This document shows, one piece after another, positions 1-11,004 of a stretch of 64,000 bases of DNA. Below the pieces are notes generated by a model. It made no database searches, was not told the DNA's origin, and worked only from the letters and a program-made list of their open reading frames with translations. The position numbers were made by a program, and so were the translations under genes. The stretch is from an uncultured Actinomycetes bacterium. GTDB taxonomy: Bacteria; Actinomycetota; UBA4738; HRBIN12. Each line of letters opens with the position of its first letter. The stretch's first letter is position 1. The DNA lies in NCBI GenBank assembly GCA_963821925.1, contig CAWGFO010000001.1, forward strand, positions 449,707 through 513,706. Direction: 5' to 3'.

Positions 1-16
1 GAACACCCGACGCCTG

Positions 17-1048
17 ATGGACGGCGACCCGGCCGTGGGCGACGCCGAGGCCGGCGCGCTCGAAGCGGTCGTGCGGGCCGGCGCGATCGAACGCGCGGAG
101 GTGCGCGGGCTCGCAGATGTTCGGACCGGGCGACCGCTGGCGGCGGACTCGATCTTCTACGTGGGATCGATCGCGAAGCAGTTCGTGGCCGCGTGCGTCG
201 CGATGCTCGACCACGACGGCGACCTCGACCTGGGCGATCCCGTTTCGCGGTTCGTGCCCGGCTTGCCCGGCTGGGGCGACCGCGTCACGGTGCGCCACCT
301 CGTGCATCACACCGGCGGCGTGAAGGAACGCACCCGCGGGCGAACCGGCGTTCCGGTCGAGGGCGTTCCGGCCTGGGGGAACCCGGAGCTGCTCGGAGCG
401 CTCCGTTCGGTGCCGCAGCTCGACTTCGAGCCGGGGTATCGATACGGCTACTCGAACCGCGGGTACCTGCTGCTCGCGGAGGTGGTCGCGACGGCGAGCG
501 GCACCTCGCTCGCGACGTTCGCCTCCGAGCGGATCTTCGAGCCGCTCGGGATGACGGACACGTCGTTCCGCGAGGCTCCGACTCCGCTGCCCGCCCGGGC
601 GGCCCGCGGGCACTTCGAGGCCGACGACGGCGCCGTCCACGTCGAGCCGGGGCGCTTCCACGCGGTCGGCGCGGGTGGGCTGTGGACCACCGCGACCGAC
701 CTCGCCACCTGGAGCGCGAACCTCGGCCGCGACCGTCTGACCGACGGCTGGCTCTCCGCTCGCCTCGTGCGCCGCGGCGCCCTCGACGACGGGACGCCGA
801 TCCACTACGCCTGGGGGCTGTCGGTGCGCACCCACCGCGGGCTCCCGATCGTGAGCCACGGCGGCAACTTCCCGGGATGGGAGGCGAAGATGGTGCGGTT
901 CCCGACCGAGGACCTGACCGTCATCGTGCTCGCGAACCGCGACGACCTGGACGTCTCGTCGGCCGCGTTCCGGCTCGCCGACGGGGTGCTCGGCAACCGC
1001 CTCGACCCGGCCGCGCCGCACGCGGACCACACCTTCGACGGGGTCTGA
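17..1048 (+). CDS. serine hydrolase of the beta-lactamase/penicillin-binding-protein-like fold
   Basis: 343-aa ORF with SxxK active-site motif (SIAKQF) near the N-terminus and downstream YxN-like (YSNRGY) and HGG (SHGGNFPGW) motifs; high GC3 codon bias. Confidence 0.7.
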   Translation: MDGDPAVGDAEAGALEAVVRAGAIERAEVRGLADVRTGRPLAADSIFYVGSIAKQFVAACVAMLDHDGDLDLGDPVSRFVPGLPGWGDRVTVRHLVHHTGGVKERTRGRTGVPVEGVPAWGNPELLGALRSVPQLDFEPGYRYGYSNRGYLLLAEVVATASGTSLATFASERIFEPLGMTDTSFREAPTPLPARAARGHFEADDGAVHVEPGRFHAVGAGGLWTTATDLATWSANLGRDRLTDGWLSARLVRRGALDDGTPIHYAWGLSVRTHRGLPIVSHGGNFPGWEAKMVRFPTEDLTVIVLANRDDLDVSSAAFRLADGVLGNRLDPAAPHADHTFDGV

Positions 1049-1168
1049 CCGACGGCACCCGACCTGCTCTGACCAGGGAGAACCCCTGAAAACCCGCGTG
1101 GTTGCAGGGGTTTCCGCCGGATATCGGGTAGGCTCCCCCGGAATCCGACACCTGGGGAGGTGCCTGTA

Positions 1169-1447
1169 GTGAACAAGACCGAGCTCATCGACGCGATCGC
1201 CGATCGCACGGGCGTGGCCAAGTCGACGGTGGACGCCGTCATCAAGGGCATGACCGACACGATCGAGGAGAACGTCGCCAAGGGCGACAAGATCTCGATC
1301 CCCGGCTTCGCGTCGTTCCAGAAGGTGAAGCGCGCCGCGCGCACGGGCCGCAACCCGCGCACCGGCGAGACGATCCAGATCCCGGCATCGGCGACCGTGA
1401 AGGTCACCGCGGGCGCGCGCCTGAAGGGCAGCGTCTCCGGGAAGTAA
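1169..1447 (+). CDS. hup: DNA-binding protein HU
   Basis: N-terminus MNKTELIDAIA and the GFGxF and RNPxTG motifs are classic HU/IHF family; GTG start 8 nt after GGGGAGG SD (ORF-track start at 1160 overlaps the SD). Confidence 0.85.
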   Translation: MNKTELIDAIADRTGVAKSTVDAVIKGMTDTIEENVAKGDKISIPGFASFQKVKRAARTGRNPRTGETIQIPASATVKVTAGARLKGSVSGK

Positions 1448-1476
1448 GCTCCCCCCGCTCATCGAGCGTGACGGAG

Positions 1477-1497
1477 GGCCCGGCCCCGTGCCGGGCC
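1477..1497 (+). terminator. weak hairpin (GGCCCGG-loop-CCGGGCC) just after hup stop
   Basis: 7-bp GC stem with 7-nt loop followed by TTCC; no strong U-tract. Confidence 0.25.
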
Positions 1498-1584
1498 TTC
1501 CGTGCGTCCGGGATCGAGCCTCGTCCCGGCCCGTTCGTCGTCCCGGCCGGTCCGGGAGCCGTTTCGGTACCCTGGAACCCTTCC

Positions 1585-1752
1585 ATGGACCGCGAAACCA
1601 CGCTCCTGCTCGCCCTCGGCATGCTGATCGCCTCCGCGCTCGCGGTGGGTGTGAGCGGCGTGGTGCTGTTCACCCGCGATCGACGGCTCGTCCGTGCGGC
1701 GCACGGGACGACCGATCGCGGATCCCATCCCGAGGGCCACGAGGAGTCCTGA
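1585..1752 (+). CDS. small hydrophobic protein (55 aa) immediately upstream of hisD
   Basis: ATG at 1585, high GC3, one predicted TM helix (LLLALGMLIASALAVGVSGVVLF); stop TGA is adjacent to hisD GTG start; function unknown. Confidence 0.3.
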   Translation: MDRETTLLLALGMLIASALAVGVSGVVLFTRDRRLVRAAHGTTDRGSHPEGHEES

Positions 1753-1753
1753 C

Positions 1754-3043
1754 GTGCTCGAGTTCCTCGACCTGCGCGAGCGGGGCGAGCGTCTCGAGGC
1801 CACCAGGCTCGAGATCGACCCCACCGTCGCGGACACCGTCACCCGCATCCTCCAACGCGTCTTCGTGGAGGGCGACGAGGTCCTGATCGAGCTCGCGCTG
1901 CGGTTCGACGGCGCCGAGCTCGGCGAGATCCTGGTCACCGACGAGGAGCTCGCGGCGGCCGAGCGCGACACGCCGCCGGAGCTCCGAGAGGCGCTCGACG
2001 AACTGATCGAGCGCCTCCACCACCTGGCCGAGCGGCAGATCCCGGCCGAGTGGTGGGAGGAACGCGACGGCGTGCGCTACGGCGAGATCGTCAGGCCGCT
2101 CGAGTCGGTCGGCTGCTACGTGCCCGGCGGCCGTGCCGTGTATCCGTCGTCGGTGTGCATGACGGTCGTCCCCGCGGTCGTCGCGGGGGTCGGCGAGATC
2201 GTGCTCTGCACCCCGCCGCTGCCCGACGGGACGATCCCCGCGCCCGTGCTGTACGCGGCCAAGCGTGCGGGCGCCACGTACGTGGCCAAGACCGGCGGTG
2301 CACAGGCCGTCGGTGCGATGGCGTACGGCACCGAGTCGGTCCCGCGGGTGGACCGGATCGTCGGTCCGGGCAACGCCTACGTGACCGAGGCGAAGCGACA
2401 GGTCGCGGGCTTCGTCGGGATCGACGGCCTCGCCGGGCCGAGCGAGCTCGCGATCGTGGCCGACGACGACGTCGACGCGCACATGGCGGCGCTCGACCTG
2501 ATCGCGCAGGCCGAGCACGACCCCGAGGCCCGGACGTTCTTCGTCACGACATCGGCGGACCTGATCGAGCGCGTGGGCGCCGCGCTCGAGGCCGCCCTGA
2601 AGAAGGCGGGCCGCCGGGACATCGTCGACGCGGCGCTCCGGTACACGCGCGCGGTGGTCGTGCGCGACCTCGACCAGGCCGCCGACGTCGTGAACGACCT
2701 CGCGGCCGAGCACCTGCAGATCCTGCTCCCCGAGCCCGACGTCTTCCTCGCGAAGGTGCGGAACGCCGGCGCGATCTTCCTGGGTCGGTGGACCGCGGTG
2801 CCGTTCGGCGACTACGGCGTCGCCTCGAACCACGTGCTGCCGACCGCGGGCACCGCTCGCTTCTCCAGCGGGCTGCGCGCCGCCGACTACGTGACGGTCA
2901 CCTCGGTCGTCGAGATGGACGGCGAGGCCGCCTCGCGGTTCGCGCCGGGCACCTGCCGGATCGCGCGCGCCGAGGGCCTCGTCGGCCACGCGAAGGCGAT
3001 GGACGCCCGCGCGAACGACCACCGAGACGGGAACCCGGCATGA
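1754..3043 (+). CDS. hisD: histidinol dehydrogenase
   Basis: Full-length similarity pattern to HisD (VTRILQRV..EGDEVLIELALRFDG, GPGNAYVTEAKR, QAEHD motifs); GTG start 8 nt after GAGGAG; ORF-track N-terminal extension rejected. Confidence 0.9.
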   Translation: MLEFLDLRERGERLEATRLEIDPTVADTVTRILQRVFVEGDEVLIELALRFDGAELGEILVTDEELAAAERDTPPELREALDELIERLHHLAERQIPAEWWEERDGVRYGEIVRPLESVGCYVPGGRAVYPSSVCMTVVPAVVAGVGEIVLCTPPLPDGTIPAPVLYAAKRAGATYVAKTGGAQAVGAMAYGTESVPRVDRIVGPGNAYVTEAKRQVAGFVGIDGLAGPSELAIVADDDVDAHMAALDLIAQAEHDPEARTFFVTTSADLIERVGAALEAALKKAGRRDIVDAALRYTRAVVVRDLDQAADVVNDLAAEHLQILLPEPDVFLAKVRNAGAIFLGRWTAVPFGDYGVASNHVLPTAGTARFSSGLRAADYVTVTSVVEMDGEAASRFAPGTCRIARAEGLVGHAKAMDARANDHRDGNPA

Positions 3044-4104
3044 GCCCCGCGGCCACGCCCCGCCCGGGCGTCCGCGACGTGGCGCCCTACATCTCCCCCC
3101 AGCTCGAGGTCGCCGCGCGCCTCAACACGAACGAGTGCCCGCACCCGCTCCCGGAGGGGTTCAGCGACGAGCTCGCGCGCACGATCCGCGACCTGCCGCT
3201 GAACCGCTACCCCGACGGCCAGATGACCCGGCTGCGCGAGGACCTCGCCACGCACCTCGGCCACCCGGTCGAGGGCACGTGGCCCGCGAACGGCTCGAAC
3301 GAGGTGCTCACCGAGCTGCTCCTCGCCTACGGCGGCCCCGGCCGCACCGCGGCGATCTTCGAGCCGACCTACCTCCTGCACTCGCGTCTGTGCTGGCTCA
3401 CCCACACCCGGGTGGCGAGCCGCCGGCTCGACGACCCGTTCGTGCTCACCGAGGCCGCGGTCGACGAGGCCCTCGCCGGCGCGCCCGACGTGGTCTTCGT
3501 CTGCTCGCCGAACAACCCGACCGGCACCGCGCAGCCGCTCGACGTGGTGACCCGTCTCGCCGCGTCGACCGACGCGCTCGTGATCGTGGACGAGGCCTAC
3601 GTCGAGTTCGGCGGCGAGAGCGCGCTGAAGCTCGTCGCCGACCACCCGAACCTCGCGGTGGTGCGCACCTTCTCGAAGGCGTTCGCGATGGCGGGCGCGC
3701 GGCTCGGCTACGTGCTCACGGGTCCCGAGGTCGTGGGTGACCTGCAGCGCGTACGGCTGCCGTACCATCTGTCGTCGCTCGCGCAGGCCGCCGGGATCGT
3801 CGCGCTCCGCCACGCCACCGAGGCGATGGCGATCCTCGAGGCGATCCGCATCCAGCGCGACCGCATCGTGGACGCGCTCACCGCGATCGACGGGATCACG
3901 GTCTTCCCCTCCGAGGCGAACTTCGTGCTGTTCGTGCCGCCGCCGGGCCACGACGCCACGGAGGTCTGGCAGGGGCTGCTCGACCGCGGCGTCCTGGTCC
4001 GCGACCTCACGGCGGTGGTGCCGAACGCACTGCGGGTGACCGCGGGCGCCGAGCACGAGGTCGACCTGTTCCTCACGAGCCTCCGGGAGGTGCTCGCCAC
4101 GTGA
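3040..4104 (+). CDS. hisC: histidinol-phosphate aminotransferase
   Basis: ATG overlaps hisD stop (ATGA); class-II aminotransferase motifs incl. PLP lysine region RTFSKAFAMAGARLGY; the 684-aa ORF-track call is a readthrough artefact upstream of this ATG. Confidence 0.9.
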   Translation: MSPAATPRPGVRDVAPYISPQLEVAARLNTNECPHPLPEGFSDELARTIRDLPLNRYPDGQMTRLREDLATHLGHPVEGTWPANGSNEVLTELLLAYGGPGRTAAIFEPTYLLHSRLCWLTHTRVASRRLDDPFVLTEAAVDEALAGAPDVVFVCSPNNPTGTAQPLDVVTRLAASTDALVIVDEAYVEFGGESALKLVADHPNLAVVRTFSKAFAMAGARLGYVLTGPEVVGDLQRVRLPYHLSSLAQAAGIVALRHATEAMAILEAIRIQRDRIVDALTAIDGITVFPSEANFVLFVPPPGHDATEVWQGLLDRGVLVRDLTAVVPNALRVTAGAEHEVDLFLTSLREVLAT

Positions 4105-4691
4105 CCGCTCCGCGCGCCGCCACGGTCACCCGCACGACGAAGGAGACCGACATCCGCGTCGAGCTGACGCTCGACGGGTCGGGCCGCTCGACGTCCGATA
4201 CCGGCATCCCGTTCTTCGACCACATGCTGCAGCAGCTCGGCAAGCACGCCGGCTGGGACCTCGACGTGACCTGCAAGGGCGACCTGCAGGTCGACGGCCA
4301 CCACACCGTGGAGGACTGTGGGATCGCGATCGGCCAGGCGCTGACCGAGGCCCTGGGCGACAAGGCGGGGATCCGGCGGTTCGCCTCGATCGTCGTGCCG
4401 CTCGACGAGGCCGCCGTCGAGGTCGTGCTCGATCTCGCGGGCCGCACCTTCGTGATCCACGAGGTGCCCGTGCCCTACGAGACGATCGACGGGTTCGACA
4501 CCGGGCTGCTCGAGGACTTCGTGCGCGCGTTCGCGCAGGCGGCGAACCTCACGGTCCACGTGCACCTGCGGTACGGGCGCTCGCCGCACCACATCTGCGA
4601 GGCCGAGTTCAAGGCGCTCGCGAACGCCCTGGGCGACGCGTGTGCGCTGACGGGCCGCGGCGACGTGCCCTCGACGAAGGGCACCCTGTGA
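4101..4691 (+). CDS. hisB: imidazoleglycerol-phosphate dehydratase
   Basis: RTTKETDIRVEL...FFDHML...HHTVEDCGIA motifs diagnostic of IGPD; 4-nt overlap with hisC. Confidence 0.9.
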   Translation: MTAPRAATVTRTTKETDIRVELTLDGSGRSTSDTGIPFFDHMLQQLGKHAGWDLDVTCKGDLQVDGHHTVEDCGIAIGQALTEALGDKAGIRRFASIVVPLDEAAVEVVLDLAGRTFVIHEVPVPYETIDGFDTGLLEDFVRAFAQAANLTVHVHLRYGRSPHHICEAEFKALANALGDACALTGRGDVPSTKGTL

Positions 4692-5293
4692 CGATCGCGG
4701 TCCTCGACTACGGCTCGGGGAACCTGCACTCCGTCTCCCGCGCCCTCGCGCGCGTGGGCGGGGATCCGGCCGTGACCGGCGATCCGGCCGAGGTCGGACG
4801 GGCCGACGCGCTCGTGATCCCGGGCGTCGGCCACTTCGGTGCGTGCGTACGGGCGATCTGCCACCACGGCCTCGACGAGGCGATCCTCGCGTTCCGCGCG
4901 ACCGGCCGCCCCGTGTTCGGGGTGTGTGTGGGGATGCAGGTCCTGTTCGAGGGGAGCGACGAGGACCCCGAGGAGGGTCTCGGCGTGCTGCCGGGCCGCG
5001 TACGACGGCTGCCGGACGACGTGAAGGTTCCGCACATGGGCTGGAACACGGTGACCTGGGCCCGCCCGCACCCGTACACCGACGGCCTGCCCGACGGCAC
5101 CCGGTTCTACTTCGTCCACTCGTTCGCCCCCGACCCTGGCGACGACGCCGTGGGCGTGACCGAGCACGGCCGCCCGTTCGCGGCGGCGGTCGCGCACGAG
5201 AACGTGTTCGCCACGCAGTTCCACCCGGAGAAGTCCGGCGAGGCCGGGCTCCAGATGTACGAGCGATTCGTGAAGGCGGTGGCCCATCCGTGA
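4688..5293 (+). CDS. hisH: imidazole glycerol phosphate synthase, glutamine amidotransferase subunit
   Basis: VLDYGSGNLHSV N-terminus, catalytic GVCVGMQ and HSF..FHPEKS motifs; GTG start overlapping hisB stop. Confidence 0.9.
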   Translation: MTIAVLDYGSGNLHSVSRALARVGGDPAVTGDPAEVGRADALVIPGVGHFGACVRAICHHGLDEAILAFRATGRPVFGVCVGMQVLFEGSDEDPEEGLGVLPGRVRRLPDDVKVPHMGWNTVTWARPHPYTDGLPDGTRFYFVHSFAPDPGDDAVGVTEHGRPFAAAVAHENVFATQFHPEKSGEAGLQMYERFVKAVAHP

Positions 5294-5991
5294 TCGTGAT
5301 CCCCGCGATCGACCTGCGCGGCGGCCGCGCGGTGCGCCTGCTCCGCGGCAACCCCGACGACGAGACCTCGTACGCCGACGACCCCGTGGCCGTCGCCGAA
5401 CGCTTCCAGGAGGAGGGGGCGCGGCGGCTCCACATCGTGGACCTCGACGCCGCCCTCGAGCAGGGCGACAACCGCGAGGCGATCCGGTCGATCTGCCACG
5501 CGGTCGTGATCCCCGTGCAGGTCGGCGGCGGGCTCCGATCGCTCGAGGCGATCGGCACGATGATCGAGGACGGCGCCGCGCGCGCGATCCTCGGCACCCA
5601 GGCCGCGCTCGACCACGGGTTCGTGGCGCGCGCGGTCGAGGAGTTCGCCGAGCGCGTCGTCGTCGCGGTCGACGTGCGCGGCGGTCGCGTGATGGTGCGC
5701 GGCTGGCAGGAGGAGGGCCCCAAGCTCGAGGAGACGATCGCGGCGCTCGACGACGCCGGTACCCCGCGGTACCTCGTGACCTCGATCGCCCGTGACGGGA
5801 CGCTGGACGGGCCGGACCTGCGGCTCTACACGCAGGTGCTGAAGCTGACCGAGACCCCGCTGATCGCGAGCGGCGGCGTGCGCGACGCCGACGACATCTG
5901 GGCGCTGCGGGACCTCGGGTGCGAGGCCGCCGTCACCGGCAAGGCGCTCTACGAGAAGACGCTGAAGCTCGCCCAGGTCATCCGGGGCTGA
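5290..5991 (+). CDS. hisA: phosphoribosyl isomerase HisA (likely bifunctional PriA type in actinobacteria)
   Basis: [15 protein letters not shown] start and (beta/alpha)8 HisA signature; GTG start overlaps hisH stop; the 382-aa ORF-track call carries a spurious N-terminus. Confidence 0.85.
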   Translation: MIVIPAIDLRGGRAVRLLRGNPDDETSYADDPVAVAERFQEEGARRLHIVDLDAALEQGDNREAIRSICHAVVIPVQVGGGLRSLEAIGTMIEDGAARAILGTQAALDHGFVARAVEEFAERVVVAVDVRGGRVMVRGWQEEGPKLEETIAALDDAGTPRYLVTSIARDGTLDGPDLRLYTQVLKLTETPLIASGGVRDADDIWALRDLGCEAAVTGKALYEKTLKLAQVIRG

Positions 5992-5996
5992 CGACG

Positions 5997-6761
5997 ATGC
6001 TCGCGAAGCGCCTGATCCCGTGCCTCGACGTCGACGGCGGTCGCGTCGTGAAGGGCACGAGGTTCCAGGACATGCGCGACGCCGGCGATCCGGTCCAGAT
6101 GGCCGCGCACTACGACCGCGAAGGCGCCGACGAGCTGGTCTTCCTCGACATCACCGCCACCGTCGAGGGGCGGACGGCGACGCTCGACGTGATCTCGCGG
6201 ACCGCCGAGCAGGTGTTCATCCCGCTCACCGTGGGTGGCGGCGTCCGCACCGAGGACGACGTGAACGAGCTGCTGCGCGCCGGGGCCGACAAGGTCTCGA
6301 TGAACAGCGCGGCCGTGCGGGATCCCGCGACGCTCCAGCGGTGCGCCGACCGGTTCGGCACGCAGTGCATGGTGATCGCGATCGACGCGAAGCGGCGCGC
6401 CGACGGCGACGGCTGGGAGGTCTTCATCGACGCGGGGCGGACCGGCACGGGACGCGACGCGATCGAGTGGGCGGTCGAGGCCACGACCGAGCGCGGCGCC
6501 GGGGAGGTGCTGCTCACCTCGATGGACCGCGACGGCACCGGTGAGGGCTACGACCTGGGCCTGCTGCGTGAACTCGCCGCCGTCGTGCGGGTGCCGGTGA
6601 TCGCGAGCGGGGGGGCGGGCGACCTCGACCACTTCGCCGAGGCCCTGCTCGAGGGCGGCGCCGACGCGGTACTGGCGGCGAGCCGGTTGCATCGCGGCCA
6701 GCTCACGATCCGCGAGATCAAGGAGTACCTGCGGTCGAAGGGCCTCGAGGTGCGGCTGTGA
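5997..6761 (+). CDS. hisF: imidazole glycerol phosphate synthase cyclase subunit
   Basis: [21 protein letters not shown]-terminus and SGGAG motif diagnostic of HisF. Confidence 0.9.
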   Translation: MLAKRLIPCLDVDGGRVVKGTRFQDMRDAGDPVQMAAHYDREGADELVFLDITATVEGRTATLDVISRTAEQVFIPLTVGGGVRTEDDVNELLRAGADKVSMNSAAVRDPATLQRCADRFGTQCMVIAIDAKRRADGDGWEVFIDAGRTGTGRDAIEWAVEATTERGAGEVLLTSMDRDGTGEGYDLGLLRELAAVVRVPVIASGGAGDLDHFAEALLEGGADAVLAASRLHRGQLTIREIKEYLRSKGLEVRL

Positions 6762-7106
6762 CCGAGCCGCTCGACCGCTCCCCCGTCGAGCTCGACGGGC
6801 TCCGGTTCGACGAGCGCGGGCTGATCCCCGTGATCGCCCAGGACGCCGAGACCGGCCAGGTCCTGATGATGGCGTGGGCGAACCGCGAGGCGCTCGAGCG
6901 GACGCTCGCCGAGGGGCGCATGGTCTATTGGAGCCGATCCCGGGCCGAGCTCTGGCGCAAGGGCGACACGAGCGGACACGTGCAGCACTGGGACGAGCTC
7001 CGCGTGGACTGCGACGCCGACGTCGCTCCTCGCGCGGATCCACCAGGAGGGCGCCGCCTGCCACACGGGCGAGCGCTCGTGCTTCTTCAGACCGCTCGCC
7101 ACCTGA
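6758..7106 (+). CDS. hisI: phosphoribosyl-AMP cyclohydrolase, apparently frameshifted (N-part frame 2 to ~7021, conserved C-terminus [21 protein letters not shown] in frame 0 ending TGA 7104-7106)
   Basis: N-terminal 88 aa match HisI (LIPVIAQD...[16 protein letters not shown]...[13 protein letters not shown]...VDCDAD); canonical Zn/Cys motif GAACHTG..SCFF is only found after a +1 shift near 7022; ORF-track frame instead reads through to 7135 with non-HisI-like tail. Confidence 0.7.
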
Positions 7107-7128
7107 CCGCCGCTAGACTCCCGGGACC

Positions 7129-8004
7129 ATGCTGAAGCTGGTCATCCCGAAGGGCTCGCTCGAGGAGCAGACCCTCCGCTTGTTCGAGGCGGCGGACCTG
7201 CACGTGCGCCGCGGCTCGAGCCGCGACTACCACGGCACGATCGACGACGATCGGATCGAGCGCGTGAGCGTGCTCCGCCCGCAGGAGATCCCGGTCTACG
7301 TGGCCGATGGGCTCTTCGACCTCGGGATCACCGGACAGGACTGGATCGCCGAGACCTCCGCCGACGTCGAGGTGCTCACGAGCCTGTCGTACGCGAAGAC
7401 CGGCCCCGGCCACGGCACGAAGATCGTGCTGGCCGTGCCGAACGAGCACCCGGCGAACGCGGCGAAGGAGATGCCCGCCGGCTCGCGGATCTCGACGGAG
7501 TTCGTGAAGCTCACCGAGCGGCACTTCGCGGAGCTGGGGATCCCCGTGAAGGTGGCCTGGTCGTACGGCGCGACCGAGGCGAAGGTCCCCGAGATCGTCG
7601 ACGCGATCGTCGACGTCACCGAGACCGGCAGCACCTTGCGCGCCCACGGCATGAAGATCATCGAGACGCTGCTCACCTCCGATCCGGTGCTCGTCGCGAA
7701 CCGCGACGCCGCCTCGGACCCGGTCAAGCGGGCCGCGATGGACGACATCACCACCCTGCTGCTGGGCGCGCTCCGCGCCGAGGGCCGCGTGCTGATCAAG
7801 CTCAACGTTTCGGAAACCGACCGCGACGCCGTGCTCGCCGTCGTGCCCTCGATGAAGGCGCCCACGGTCTCGCCGCTCGCCGGCGGCGGCTTCGCGATCG
7901 AGACCGTCGTCGAGAAGCGGGGCGTGAATCGACTGATCCCCGAACTGCTCGCGGCCGGCGCCACCGACATCCTCGAGCTCCCGATCTCCAAGATCGTTCC
8001 CTAA
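7129..8004 (+). CDS. hisG: ATP phosphoribosyltransferase, long form with C-terminal regulatory domain
   Basis: [16 protein letters not shown]...[12 protein letters not shown] motifs; 291 aa length consistent with HisG-long. Confidence 0.9.
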   Translation: MLKLVIPKGSLEEQTLRLFEAADLHVRRGSSRDYHGTIDDDRIERVSVLRPQEIPVYVADGLFDLGITGQDWIAETSADVEVLTSLSYAKTGPGHGTKIVLAVPNEHPANAAKEMPAGSRISTEFVKLTERHFAELGIPVKVAWSYGATEAKVPEIVDAIVDVTETGSTLRAHGMKIIETLLTSDPVLVANRDAASDPVKRAAMDDITTLLLGALRAEGRVLIKLNVSETDRDAVLAVVPSMKAPTVSPLAGGGFAIETVVEKRGVNRLIPELLAAGATDILELPISKIVP

Positions 8005-8085
8005 CGCCCGTAGCCTCTGGGCCGCACGGGTCTTGACCCCGCCGGTGGGCGAGATACCCTGCGAACGCAACCCAGGGAGGTCCCG

Positions 8086-9372
8086 ATGAGCCGACGTCGC
8101 ACCGCCGCCCTACCGTTCTCGCTTACGCTCGCGCTCGCGTTGATCGCGGGCCTGGCCGTGCCGGCCCACGCCGACCCGGGCAAGCTCGACACGTTCTTCA
8201 GCGGCGATGGCAAGGCCACCGCCTTCGCGAACGGCGCCACCGGCTACGCGGTGGCGATCGACGCGAAGGGCCGCATCGTGGTGGCCGGATCTACCCAGAC
8301 CGCGAAACCGGACTTCGCGGTGGCGCGATTCCTGCCGAACGGGGCGCCCGACACCGAGTTCAGCAGGGACGGCCGTGTGACGGTGGACCTCGGGGGGGCC
8401 GACTACGGGTTCGACCTCGCCCTGCAGTCCGACGGCAAGATCGTGGTGGCCGGCGAACGGGACACGAAGACCCAGAACACGTTCGCGCTCGTGCGGCTGC
8501 TGCCGAAGGGCGGCCTCGACAAGGACTTCGGGGGCGGCGACGGGATCGTCCTCACCGATTTCGGGAAGCGTTACCAGGGCGCGAACGCCGTCGTCGTCTA
8601 CCCGAACGGGAACATCGCGGCCGGCGGGTTCGCCTCGAACGGCTCGACCGGCCGCTGGGCGATCGCGCGGTACGGGCCGAAGGGTGTCCTCGACAAGTCC
8701 TGGGGTAAGGACGGACGCGTGACGGTCGACCTGAGCTCGAGCGACGAATCGATCCGCGACCTGCTGTTCGTCCCGGGGGGCAAGCTCGTCGGCGTCGGCT
8801 ACGCCGAGAGCGGCCTGATCCCGCGGTTCGCGGTGGCGCGGTTCCGGCCCAAGGGCACGCTCGATCCCGAGTTCGGGAACAAGGGGTTCAACCTGACCGA
8901 CGTGAGCAAGGGCTCCGACATCGGCTACGGAGCGGCCCTGCAGTCCGACGGCAAGATCGTGGTCGTGGGCTACGCGAACAACTCGGGCAAGGCCGACTGG
9001 GGTCTCGTCCGCTACGGCCCCAAGGGGCGGCTCGACAAGACCTTCGGGGGCGACGGCAAGGTCGTCACGAAGATGACGACGGAGTACGAGTTCGCGTCCG
9101 CGATCTCGGTCCAGGCGAACGGCCGGCTCGTCGTCGTCGGGCGGGCGTCCCGGGAGGGAACCGCCGACAACTTCGGGGTGTTCCGCTACAAGCCGGGTGG
9201 CGCGCTCGACCAGTCCTGGAGCGGCAACGGCAAGACGTTCACCGACTTCGGCAGCGGGAACGACACCGCCCGCGACGTCGCGATCCAGGAGAACGGCAAG
9301 ATCGTGGTTGCCGGCGACGGCCAGGTCGAGGGGGCGCACCGGTTCACGGTCGCCCGGTACCTCGACAACTGA
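8086..9372 (+). CDS. secreted delta-60 repeat protein
   Basis: Signal peptide (MSRRRTAALPFSLTLALALIAGLAVPAHA) followed by ~7 copies of a ~50-60 aa repeat ending ...DGKIVVAG/DGKIVVVG (F..DG.VTVDL...D....LQSDGKIVVAG), which matches the delta-60 repeat architecture; SD GGGAGG upstream. Confidence 0.7.
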   Translation: MSRRRTAALPFSLTLALALIAGLAVPAHADPGKLDTFFSGDGKATAFANGATGYAVAIDAKGRIVVAGSTQTAKPDFAVARFLPNGAPDTEFSRDGRVTVDLGGADYGFDLALQSDGKIVVAGERDTKTQNTFALVRLLPKGGLDKDFGGGDGIVLTDFGKRYQGANAVVVYPNGNIAAGGFASNGSTGRWAIARYGPKGVLDKSWGKDGRVTVDLSSSDESIRDLLFVPGGKLVGVGYAESGLIPRFAVARFRPKGTLDPEFGNKGFNLTDVSKGSDIGYGAALQSDGKIVVVGYANNSGKADWGLVRYGPKGRLDKTFGGDGKVVTKMTTEYEFASAISVQANGRLVVVGRASREGTADNFGVFRYKPGGALDQSWSGNGKTFTDFGSGNDTARDVAIQENGKIVVAGDGQVEGAHRFTVARYLDN

Positions 9373-9439
9373 GGCGGACGCCGGCATCGGCCCCGCCTGG
9401 GGTCAGACGCCCCACGGAGATAGGTCCTTCGGCCGTTTG

Positions 9440-9515
9440 ACAGGCCTGGACCCCGGTATGGCAAGATGACCACAGATGTTTGAACACTCATTCAACTTCG
9501 TACCGCACGAGTAGG
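9440..9515 (+). promoter_or_regulatory. locally AT-rich putative promoter region upstream of aceA (TTGACA at 9446)
   Basis: Only AT-rich patch in a long GC-rich intergenic region; -35-like TTGACA present but no clean -10 at 17 bp, so assignment is tentative. Confidence 0.25.
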
Positions 9516-9551
9516 GGCGGCCCGGACGCTTCGGCGTCCGACGCGCCCGGG

Positions 9552-9585
9552 GGACCTCTCGCTCGCGAGGGGTCCTTTCGTTTCC
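9552..9585 (+). terminator. intrinsic-terminator-like hairpin (GGACCTCTC-GCTCGC-GAGGGGTCC + TTTCGTTTCC) in aceA leader
   Basis: 9-bp GC-rich stem with one G-U, 6-nt loop, followed by T-rich tract; lies 180 nt after the delta-60 gene and 70 nt before aceA ATG. Confidence 0.4.
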
Positions 9586-9653
9586 GGCGGCCGATGTGCC
9601 GCGGAGGATGACGAGCAGGCACACACGACGGAGGACCCAAGGGGGCGGCGACG

Positions 9654-10952
<1,299 letters not shown>

Positions 10953-11004
10953 GCCCGTCGGCCGCTAGCCTGGGAGGGAGCGATCCCTCGGAGGTGGTGA
11001 CGGC

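Noticed and set aside
2050-3039. N-terminal 330 aa of the 684-aa ORF fused to hisC
   Set aside because: Alternative-frame readthrough overlapping hisD; the protein-like sequence begins only at ATG 3040.
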